Shown here in pieces: positions 1 through 8,393 of a stretch of 20,000 bases of DNA; the first letter of the stretch is position 1; each line of letters starts with the position of its first letter. The stretch is from an uncultured virus (IMG/VR IMGVR_UViG_3300002514_000019) (Duplodnaviria; Heunggongvirae; Uroviricota; Caudoviricetes): the IMG/VR virus record IMGVR_UViG_3300002514_000019, positions 52,303-72,302 of that record, one strand, 5' to 3'. The position numbers and the translations under genes are program-made. Below the pieces are notes generated by a model that was given only the letters and a program-made list of their open reading frames with translations, ran no database searches and was not told where the DNA came from.

Positions 1-463
1 ACGGTTCGATCACACCATCCATTTGCCCATCTTGTACTAGTGACGTATAAAAAACGGGGTTGGGATAAGAAGGAATTGAACCAGCCGTCATATCACGTAA
101 TGTCGAGCCTGAAGAGTAGCCCACCTGATCAACAAAGGGAGTCTCTTCATTAAACTCATATGACTGGCCATGGATTGTTTGCAACAGGCCATGGGAGACC
201 CGGGATTCTAGAGCACTTGGTGAACCCAAGCTAGATGGGATTCCAAGTGCCGTATCCGGAAGGGCATCATCAAAAAACTTGTTAGGATCGCCATAACTTC
301 CAGACTGGCGTAATACAATAGAATCTTCACTCCATATCTGCGGAACGTTGGCTGAATAAAATGTGTGCTTAACCTGTGTTATCGATACGCCCTGACGAAA
401 CATAGAAATTGTGCCACTTAAGGTGGCTTGCATTGTTTTTCTAGTCTTTCTATTAGAGCTCAT
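1..463 (-). CDS. Partial hypothetical protein (3' end beyond window), probable virion/baseplate-associated protein; not in the supplied ORF track
   Basis: ATG at 463-461, 7 nt after the TAG of the 1281-aa gene. The frame is open for 154 codons to the window edge (MSSNRKTRKTMQATLSGTISMFRQGVSITQVKHTFYSANVPQIWSEDS...QMDGVIEP). Same strand and tight spacing as neighbours. Confidence 0.8.
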   Translation of the reverse strand, partial: MSSNRKTRKTMQATLSGTISMFRQGVSITQVKHTFYSANVPQIWSEDSIVLRQSGSYGDPNKFFDDALPDTALGIPSSLGSPSALESRVSHGLLQTIHGQSYEFNEETPFVDQVGYSSGSTLRDMTAGSIPSYPNPVFYTSLVQDGQMDGVIEP

Positions 464-470
464 CTTCTAA

Positions 471-3400
471 CTAATCCTTCTTTATAACAGCAATTATAAG
501 TGAGGGTGCCGGTTGGGGATTTGTGTCTGTTTTATTTGATATCAAGTTTTCAACACTTGAGGATTTTGCCGTAGTTCCCCACTGGGGCGTCTCGTTGTTT
601 TCGCCACCACCACTATTATTGTCTGATGGTTTTGACTGATTGCCCTTTCCAGGAAAACCTGAGCTGGCATTGACCGATGACTTTAAGCCTGGCAAATTCG
701 TACTATGGGGCGTATCAGCTTTTTCGGGACGATCTCTAGACGCACGAAGTGAAAAGGGAACGTTAACGTCCTGCCAGTCATATCTAAATTTCGCGCGTTC
801 TAACATATGTGACTCTATTATAAAATTAACGCCTAGAAAATTTGTTCTAGAAGGAACTAATCTGTCTATTAAAATTCCTATTGTGTCGTCGAACCATTTA
901 AAGAATTCAAAAAACTCTTTTATTTTTATCCTACGTGTTAATCGATTAAAGTAAATGTCTCGAAGACGTCTTAGGTCTGGGTATGTCTCCGAATATAATA
1001 ATTCCGGAGCACCAATGATGTTATTGAAAATATCTAAATTAGAAAACATTGTGATGATATCTTCATTCAACGCCTGCACTAGAGAATTCTCAACAGAAAA
1101 TCTGACATCGTCTTCTGGACGGATTGATTTTCGTGGTTCATAAACCGGTGCTATCTTACCCCCCAATTCTTCAACATTTTTTATACTTTGAAAACTTCGT
1201 ATGCGAATCTTATTGTCCGAGGAACGCTCATCAAACCGCGGATCAATATAGCTATAAGAAAACCTTTCAGGCTTTATTACTCTTTTAGATTTTTCAAAAC
1301 CAGTAAATGTTGCGCCGCCTTTTCCAAAAGTTTGTGAAAAATCAGTCAAGTACAACATTCCTTCTTCATTTGAATTAGTAACCGGCTGATCCATTGTTGT
1401 GTCAAGCCTTAATCTTTGCCATGAGCCGGTGGTCGTAAACGTAAAATTAAAATTGCTAAAGGGATCTCTTACACCCGTCGACTTAAAGTCTCGGGTGTGT
1501 GTAATAACATCAGCCTTCTCTAAAGCTTTAGACCAAAATCTCACTCTGCTAACTTTTCCTGTAAACATCGTCTGGCGTATCTGATCATTTACGGATGCAT
1601 CTGGATATGAAGCATTAAGGAAATTGTTATAACTGTTGTTAATGCTTTGTGAGCCAATACAGATAAATGACCCGCTTGTATTAATGACACTTACGTTTTG
1701 AAGAACATTTAGTGCTGGATTACTCTCGCTAACGAAGCTGCTAGTCATGTGTAATGCGGCGATATCACCATAATTTTGACGTGATGCATTAAGAAAATAT
1801 GATGAACTTGTCCATGAGTTCATCTGATCATTTCTCCTTCTGCCGAATGAGATATGCCACTTATTTCCGTCAAAAATATTGACTCCAGTTAAGTTAAGTT
1901 CAAATGGCCTGTTTGTTGAAGGCTGATTGCCACCGGCATCTACCATACCCATAAGTCTTAATGAAGCCGTAGTAGGAGATCTTCCTGAAAATATTGATGA
2001 TGTTAAAGCTAATAAGTTAAATACGACTTTTGGAGATGCATGATCACTACCGGTTATATGAATCCTTGCTAACGACTGTGTTCCTGGATGAATCATATTT
2101 CCGGTCAGAGGAGAATATTTATACAGTCCCTCAAATGCCCATGAACCAGATGTTAATAAGCCATCATCAGGCTCTGGTGACATACCATATGTGTACCCTT
2201 TAGAGATTAAGTCAGAGGTCTTAACGAATGAAGTGGCCTTGGGTTTTGGATATCCCAATGAGGGCCCCGCATAACGTGATGAAGACAGAAATGCTGACTG
2301 AAAGAACGGGTAGTCAGGTGAAATTCCGGTATTAGGATCCGGTGTTCCGGCGCCGTGAGGATCTTTTTTCAGTGCGAATGTTCCAGTCATAGTTCCACTG
2401 AATGATGCCATGGATGAGACCTCGGTTTTATAACGCCTGTCTTGATCAATGGTCAGGGTTTTGGGTCCACCGAACTCCCTAAACCTAAAATTTGAATCTG
2501 GATCTAGGCCAGTGGCTCGAATTAATGCCTTTATACCATGTACCGTGCCTTTGCTGTTGACAATTTCATGCATATTAACAAGAATTCGTCTCCATATTTG
2601 CCCCTGAATATGCTTCAGGCTTTTATGGGGCAATTGCTCTTTTACTGTAAGGTTCTCACCCTCAAACATCTGTTTTATGCTAGCATTTGAGTAAAAAGAT
2701 GGTAATGTAAACCCATGTAAATCACCTAATTGTGGTAAGAAATGATCTGCAATCCCTTTTGTTTCTATATAGTCTGGATGAACTAGTTCACCAAAGTGAT
2801 CTAGATACATTTTAATCTCATCAAAAAACTTTGCCCACATTAACGATAAGATAGAAATAATTTGAGGCGAGGACATCTTTCCCCCACCAGGAAAATCAGA
2901 AGATCCAGATGAAAATAGCTGCCCAACACCACCATCATAATCTGATAGCCCTTCAGCAAACTGGGCCTCAAGTAGATAATGCTCAGGAATTAAGTTTGTA
3001 ATAAGATTTGGGTTATTAGTATCATAGTCGCTTGCAGATGATAGTAATTCCATGTTGAGATTTATTATGCTACTATCAAAAGGAAAAAGAATGGGATTAA
3101 CACCAGGCAACTCAAGCCGAAGAGGCATTTTTAAACCGCCACTGTACCTGAGACGTTCTTTAAAGTTTTTTACCTCTGCGTGCAATCCATGCCCGGAAGA
3201 GTCTAGGACTAGGGGAGCTATCGAACTTTGCGCTTTGCCGGGAATTGTTCCAGATGGCTCATTAAACTTATAATATGCCTTCAGACTATCTTGTGCAAAT
3301 ACATTTCTTATCTGAAACTCTTTCTGTTGGGCCGGTGATCTTAATCCATTGAATATTCTAAGCTCATCTAAGGCGCCTGAAAATGTTTGTCTTGGCTCAA

Positions 3401-4316
3401 AATAGCTAAGTGTTCCATCACCCTTGGCACCCGACATGTGTAGCGTTCCACTTCCTATGATTAGTGGGGCGAAGGTGTATCCCAAAGAACCCATCTCACT
3501 AGACATCGTTGAAGTCGCTATTAAGTTTCCGCTTTGATAAAGCTCTATTTCATGGTACCCAGGATTTCTGTTAAACGTTACACAAACATTCCGAAATCCT
3601 CCCTTCTGTAACTTCATTGAACTAGTAATAACGTGATTCGTCCCGGACGACATCAAGGCAAAGAATGTACACTCTTCCGTACTTTCACTTGGGTTTAGTC
3701 CAATTGTAAATCCTGTATTCGTACCTGACAACCTCTGAAGTAATACAGAGCCAGAATTGAATTCTTTCGCTAGCGCGACAGAAAATTCGATTGTTGTAGT
3801 CGAATCACCAGGGCCCAGAATCGTACCTCCACTCCTGTCTTTAGACAGACTAGGCTTATAGGCTCCTGCCTTATCAGATATCTGTATATAAGTTCCTTCA
3901 TGTGATAGCGCATCATATGAACCAGAGAAATGCAAAAATCCCCTTCTCTTTGGAAATCTATCATATACATGTTTTTCAAATCCAGTAAGTGAATCGAAAA
4001 AACTACTTATCTCATCAGTGTTGCCATCAAATGGGAAGTTATTAATAATTCTGTCAAATGCAACATTTACTTTTGACTCAGCAGAATTAAAGAATGTGTG
4101 ATTTTCGAATTGTGAAAAGTCAACGTTCAGTTGCTGTGTTGATTTGATCCCAGTAAGACCGGGCGTATCATAATGAAATGAAGAGGTACCGATAATGGTA
4201 CCGGTCAATATTGCAGCGTACTTATTTGAAGAAATCGAACTATCGAATGCTATCTTTTTAACAACTGCCGGTGAAAATAGCGATGTCTTACTAAAAAATG
4301 GGCGATTTTTTTTCAT
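471..4316 (-). CDS. Large baseplate wedge protein (T4 gp7 / P2 gpI-like core) flanked by two LamG/ConA-like domains
   Basis: The central segment NLIPEHY...FFDEIKMYLDHF...FLPQLGDLHGF...IWRRILVNMHEIVNSKGTVHGIKALI resembles the gpI/gp7 'KGT..GI..L' signature. LamG-like signatures: FSGALDELRIFN...LKAYYKFNE...VLDSSGHGLH and FDGNKWHISF...FTGKVSRVRFWSKAL. Lies downstream of gp25 and gp6. Confidence 0.7.
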   Translation of the reverse strand: MKKNRPFFSKTSLFSPAVVKKIAFDSSISSNKYAAILTGTIIGTSSFHYDTPGLTGIKSTQQLNVDFSQFENHTFFNSAESKVNVAFDRIINNFPFDGNTDEISSFFDSLTGFEKHVYDRFPKRRGFLHFSGSYDALSHEGTYIQISDKAGAYKPSLSKDRSGGTILGPGDSTTTIEFSVALAKEFNSGSVLLQRLSGTNTGFTIGLNPSESTEECTFFALMSSGTNHVITSSMKLQKGGFRNVCVTFNRNPGYHEIELYQSGNLIATSTMSSEMGSLGYTFAPLIIGSGTLHMSGAKGDGTLSYFEPRQTFSGALDELRIFNGLRSPAQQKEFQIRNVFAQDSLKAYYKFNEPSGTIPGKAQSSIAPLVLDSSGHGLHAEVKNFKERLRYSGGLKMPLRLELPGVNPILFPFDSSIINLNMELLSSASDYDTNNPNLITNLIPEHYLLEAQFAEGLSDYDGGVGQLFSSGSSDFPGGGKMSSPQIISILSLMWAKFFDEIKMYLDHFGELVHPDYIETKGIADHFLPQLGDLHGFTLPSFYSNASIKQMFEGENLTVKEQLPHKSLKHIQGQIWRRILVNMHEIVNSKGTVHGIKALIRATGLDPDSNFRFREFGGPKTLTIDQDRRYKTEVSSMASFSGTMTGTFALKKDPHGAGTPDPNTGISPDYPFFQSAFLSSSRYAGPSLGYPKPKATSFVKTSDLISKGYTYGMSPEPDDGLLTSGSWAFEGLYKYSPLTGNMIHPGTQSLARIHITGSDHASPKVVFNLLALTSSIFSGRSPTTASLRLMGMVDAGGNQPSTNRPFELNLTGVNIFDGNKWHISFGRRRNDQMNSWTSSSYFLNASRQNYGDIAALHMTSSFVSESNPALNVLQNVSVINTSGSFICIGSQSINNSYNNFLNASYPDASVNDQIRQTMFTGKVSRVRFWSKALEKADVITHTRDFKSTGVRDPFSNFNFTFTTTGSWQRLRLDTTMDQPVTNSNEEGMLYLTDFSQTFGKGGATFTGFEKSKRVIKPERFSYSYIDPRFDERSSDNKIRIRSFQSIKNVEELGGKIAPVYEPRKSIRPEDDVRFSVENSLVQALNEDIITMFSNLDIFNNIIGAPELLYSETYPDLRRLRDIYFNRLTRRIKIKEFFEFFKWFDDTIGILIDRLVPSRTNFLGVNFIIESHMLERAKFRYDWQDVNVPFSLRASRDRPEKADTPHSTNLPGLKSSVNASSGFPGKGNQSKPSDNNSGGGENNETPQWGTTAKSSSVENLISNKTDTNPQPAPSLIIAVIKKD

Positions 4317-4320
4317 GAAC

Positions 4321-5916
4321 TTATTCGTTTACCCTAAATCTTAAATTTTCTGCGCGTAATATTATCTCGCTTCCACGATCTACAACCGAAAACTCTAGAG
4401 TGTAATCCTGTCCCGGCGGGAGGGAGTCCATATACATGTCAAATGACATACCTTGAGAATCACTTGATAGTCTAGTACCATTATTCCCTTTTGTGAATGG
4501 GATTATAATTTCACCACTATTAATATTGATGGCGCGCCAGTATACCTCTTCAAGAATTATACTCTTTAACCTGTAGGGTAGTTTGTAAGGTTTTTCGTTA
4601 CGCTTAAACTCTCTTGCAAAGATCCTGAATGTTGTCCGTTCCGTCACATCATATACTGCCTTTGCATTCAAAACAGTAAATTGAAGATCACGTGGGACAT
4701 CTACAAAGCTTGTGCGTGGGTTTGCCTTTATAGTTAAGCTGCCTGTATAATACCCTTGCTTTCGATCAATTGATGACCAATATTCCTCCAGAGTTAAAGA
4801 ACCACTGGCTGCTGCAAAATTAGACACTGTATCAGTGCCTATAACGACTGACGATTCTGCAAATGGTATTGCAAATGATGCCGAATATACACCGGTCACG
4901 TAGTTATATGATTCTGAAGTGTCGCCATTATACCATAGAGTTCCTGCCTGGTGTTGCGATGCACTCATCGTCTTCTTAAATGAGCCTGTACGTAATGTTA
5001 GGAGCATACAATTAGTACCTGTAACTGGTGTTAATGCGGTACCAGAAAGTATATTTGCGGGTGAACTTCGATGAAAATTATTTAAAAATAGTGATCCTGT
5101 AATATCAAAATAAAAATTCTGGTGATGATCAACAACTGCATTGTCATATGAAACATTCAGTCGTGGGCGTAGTCTCCTGTTTCTTACATGCCGACTTGCA
5201 AACCTCTTGACAAATCTTGTTTTTTCGTCTCTTTCTTCTGAGCCTGTATATGACAATCTCCAACCGCAATCAGGCAAAATACCAGCGAGGGTCGCCGACA
5301 CTATTGTCGTAACATCCATCTTTAGATTTTCCGTGCCATTCTTAAAGTATTGTTTTACGCCTAGGCCCCTTAAAGAGGATCCGTCGTTTAAGTTTCCGGA
5401 AACTATAATGTCTAAGTTCGTAGGATATCCAGCCGATGTAGCGGTATGATCAATATTCCCTTGTGAATCTGCACCAGATAAATACCATGGGCTCACTGTT
5501 GAGTTGGCCACTGAGGCAGTTATAAAGTTTGCTCTATCCAAGTCCGAAAATGATGCCACGTCCCTGCCAATACCTTCATCAAATGATTGCGAAAGGGGGA
5601 AGAGAATTAAACTAAAGTTAGAAGGAACAACCTGGCCTCCCATTATATCAAATAACTCAAGCTCACACTTGAATGCCGAGCTACCTAAATTAAGTTCGCT
5701 ATTCTTTAGCTTGTTTATTCTATCAAAGTCAAACTTTATTAATGCGCGAGAAAGCTCATTTGTTGTTGTAGTTCCGCTCAGAATAGATTCATCCCACAAC
5801 CGAAATATATCAAGAGTTGATGCATACCCAGTGTTCGCATCTGAAGCACTAAAATTGCTATTGATTATTTTGTTTGTAATGTATGTGTCTTTACTGGCAG
5901 TTAAAATAAAATACAT
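4321..5916 (-). CDS. Virion-associated protein with DNRLRE-like (disaggregatase-related beta-sandwich) domain
   Basis: KDTYI...NTG...L...SRALIKFDF...ELELF...LFPLSQSFDEGIG...KMDVTTIV...GWRL...FASR...PRLNVSY follows the DNRLRE-domain pattern. Sits between the gp6-like and gp7-like genes. Confidence 0.6.
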   Translation of the reverse strand: MYFILTASKDTYITNKIINSNFSASDANTGYASTLDIFRLWDESILSGTTTTNELSRALIKFDFDRINKLKNSELNLGSSAFKCELELFDIMGGQVVPSNFSLILFPLSQSFDEGIGRDVASFSDLDRANFITASVANSTVSPWYLSGADSQGNIDHTATSAGYPTNLDIIVSGNLNDGSSLRGLGVKQYFKNGTENLKMDVTTIVSATLAGILPDCGWRLSYTGSEERDEKTRFVKRFASRHVRNRRLRPRLNVSYDNAVVDHHQNFYFDITGSLFLNNFHRSSPANILSGTALTPVTGTNCMLLTLRTGSFKKTMSASQHQAGTLWYNGDTSESYNYVTGVYSASFAIPFAESSVVIGTDTVSNFAAASGSLTLEEYWSSIDRKQGYYTGSLTIKANPRTSFVDVPRDLQFTVLNAKAVYDVTERTTFRIFAREFKRNEKPYKLPYRLKSIILEEVYWRAININSGEIIIPFTKGNNGTRLSSDSQGMSFDMYMDSLPPGQDYTLEFSVVDRGSEIILRAENLRFRVNE

Positions 5917-5923
5917 TGTTCAC

Positions 5924-7783
5924 CTATGATGCATGCCCAATAATATCAAAATCAGGATATTTCATTTCAAATATTGCGCCAGAGGGGGGGATTATAAGGC
6001 CCCTTCGACTGTTGCTCTTAATATCGAATGAATAGTCACTATACCTACGATCCTCATTATCCTTATATAAATTAAAGACAACGGGTTGTTTAGCTAGTGC
6101 TATAACACCCTCAGTGTTGATAATAATATTTGTTATGTCCGCGTTTATTATTGGTTGCCCTATTTGAAAATTCTCAAGTGACATAAGTTCTGTCAAATTA
6201 TTGATCACCCCTTGAATGACTGCATTTTTGTTTGCCGTGGGGTGGGTTACGATAAAAAACTCTATCCCAATATTTATTACCGGTGCATCAACAATATCAA
6301 CGGCATCAGAAATAAGGCGAAATTCGTTTAGATATTTTCTAAGGTTTTTCTTTAATGCGTCAGGTGCTATAATTAGATTTGCATCTGAATCCATGCAGAT
6401 GAGATGCATTATCGCAGCCATAGGATTATTGGGATTATTTGAAATTGAAGCGCGGTAAACTCTTCCATAGTTCGCTGGCATGGTGTACACTCTTGCTAAA
6501 AGATCTTGTGCACTGACAATCCTCGACTGCATCTGTTTCATTGCCGGCACTTTCGCCTTTAATTCCTCTAGTGTAGGTGCTTCCGTACCGCCACCCGTAG
6601 GCGACGAATTTGTGACCTCTATCGTCTGTCTTAACATTTCGACCTCAGATGCAGATAACTTTCCAGGAAAGCGTATGTTCAACACGTTAATGGATTCTAT
6701 TGAGTTAACTGCCAGGTTGTGAGAAATACCTCCCCCATGCCGATATCTTACAGAAATTACAGTATTTTTTGGAGCTATACCCAGTGTTTGTGTCCCTAAA
6801 ATGTCATTGGGATCTATTGAGAATCGAGGAAATGTTTTCTTTCCATAAAGAGGTAATGATAACTCACTAGGATCTGGTATTATGTCATTGTCTAAGACGT
6901 TTTCATCTCCAGAACCAAATTGTATTGAGGTTAGCCTTGTTGATGGATCTACCAAATTTAAAAACCTATATGGCGCTGGAATTATCTCCATATGGGTTTC
7001 AACCAGGTGATTATCATCATCTAAGTTTGGTGTACCACCAAATACAACATTCTGCGTTAACGATGAGACCTCATAATACTTGTTTCTATTAGCATCACTT
7101 ACCTCCATTATCTCAGTAATATCCGTATTTGACAGTGTTATCTGTCTAAATGGTTCATGAATGTCTGATATTATAAATTGTTCTGTTGTCTCTTCACCAG
7201 AAACAATCGTTCCCTCTAGAGATACTATATAATAGAATGGGTTTGCGGCACCTGTGGCATTTACACTAGACACAAAAATTTCAACACTGGCCAATAGCTC
7301 ATCTGCTGGGGACGTCTTCGTAAAGTCCAGTTCTTCTATCAGATTATATATGACGCCGGAAGATGAACTAAACGTCGTGCCCAAGCCTATTATCGGTAAA
7401 AATCTTCTATCAGGAACACTTTCACCCTGCACTGTCGTAGCTGGAACCTTTATAGACACTTTCATGGTTCCCACCGCAGGTGACACTGTTGTAATGGGTA
7501 CCCCGGCTTCTCGTAAGTGACGAAGGATATTTACATGTTCGATTGCAGTAGATGGAAAAAGCTCATTGAACTGATGGTCTAAATAAAATGACATTGAATC
7601 GCCAATAAACGCAGCCATATCAACGAATAGGCCCCCTAATGAGGCCTCAGAAAAATCCTGAATCTTGTCAGGAAAATACGTCCGTGCATAGGATATAAGT
7701 TCTTTTCGAAATGAATCAAAGTCTCTTGCGAGGTATGACTTGTTTCTTACTTTCTTTAATTGTTTCTGTATATCTTTTGGCAT
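5924..7783 (-). CDS. Baseplate wedge subunit, T4 gp6 / baseplate J-like
   Basis: N-terminal YLARDFDSFRKELISYARTYFP..IQDFSEASLGGLFVDMAAFIGDSMSFYLD.QFNE and later GGTEAPTLEELK...QSRIVSAQD are characteristic gp6/J motifs. Immediately follows gp25. Confidence 0.9.
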   Translation of the reverse strand: MPKDIQKQLKKVRNKSYLARDFDSFRKELISYARTYFPDKIQDFSEASLGGLFVDMAAFIGDSMSFYLDHQFNELFPSTAIEHVNILRHLREAGVPITTVSPAVGTMKVSIKVPATTVQGESVPDRRFLPIIGLGTTFSSSSGVIYNLIEELDFTKTSPADELLASVEIFVSSVNATGAANPFYYIVSLEGTIVSGEETTEQFIISDIHEPFRQITLSNTDITEIMEVSDANRNKYYEVSSLTQNVVFGGTPNLDDDNHLVETHMEIIPAPYRFLNLVDPSTRLTSIQFGSGDENVLDNDIIPDPSELSLPLYGKKTFPRFSIDPNDILGTQTLGIAPKNTVISVRYRHGGGISHNLAVNSIESINVLNIRFPGKLSASEVEMLRQTIEVTNSSPTGGGTEAPTLEELKAKVPAMKQMQSRIVSAQDLLARVYTMPANYGRVYRASISNNPNNPMAAIMHLICMDSDANLIIAPDALKKNLRKYLNEFRLISDAVDIVDAPVINIGIEFFIVTHPTANKNAVIQGVINNLTELMSLENFQIGQPIINADITNIIINTEGVIALAKQPVVFNLYKDNEDRRYSDYSFDIKSNSRRGLIIPPSGAIFEMKYPDFDIIGHAS

Positions 7784-7785
7784 GT

Positions 7786-8280
7786 TTATCCTATAGTATC
7801 TATGATTACCTCAATCGCGCCTGTTTCATCACCATAGCCCTCAACGGTAAATGTAACCTGGACACCGATTTGAATCACCTGCTGGTCTTCATCGGGGCCA
7901 CGTCGAAATGTTGAAAAGCCAGATAAGTTTACATATGGCATATATTTTGCTACGGCGTTAGATATTTGTGTCATTGCCCGGGCATCCGTATCAGAGTTTG
8001 TAAGCTCTGTGCTCAACCACTTTAGATTTCCACCGAAATCATACAGCCCTAATCTCTCACCCCAGTTTGTTAGAATTAAATTTCGTAAATTATCCGACAC
8101 TTGCCTAAACAAGGTCGTATGCATCTGAAATAAGCCTTGTTCATTCCCAAATTCCACCGGAGTCTTTATCCCAATTGGAACAACATCGATTGCAGTAGTA
8201 ACACCGACTTCTTCATTAATATACTCAGCCATGTCCTGGCCTACTGACTTAAAGTCGTATGTCTTTTGGATCTGTTTCAT
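7786..8280 (-). CDS. Baseplate protein gp25 / gpW-like (sheath initiator)
   Basis: QVSDNLRNLILTNWGERL..YDFGGNL and ISNAVAKYMPYVNL match the GPW_gp25 pattern. 164 aa; GGAG Shine-Dalgarno at 8294-8291. Confidence 0.88.
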   Translation of the reverse strand: MKQIQKTYDFKSVGQDMAEYINEEVGVTTAIDVVPIGIKTPVEFGNEQGLFQMHTTLFRQVSDNLRNLILTNWGERLGLYDFGGNLKWLSTELTNSDTDARAMTQISNAVAKYMPYVNLSGFSTFRRGPDEDQQVIQIGVQVTFTVEGYGDETGAIEVIIDTIG

Positions 8281-8393
8281 CTATCTTTTACTCCAGCACA
8301 CATGGATAAATATGTCCGTGATTAATTCTATACTGAAGTAAATTATAAGATAATTACAAAAATAATATATGGTGTTTATCAGGTTGGTGAAAA
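8281..8393 (-). promoter_or_regulatory. AT-rich intergenic region upstream of gp25; candidate (late) promoter
   Basis: Largest intergenic gap in the window (113 nt). Minus strand has TATAAT (8347-8342) inside an imperfect inverted repeat (8338-8357), ATATTTAT (8313-8306) and GGAG (8294-8291). No good -35 hexamer seen. Confidence 0.45.
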
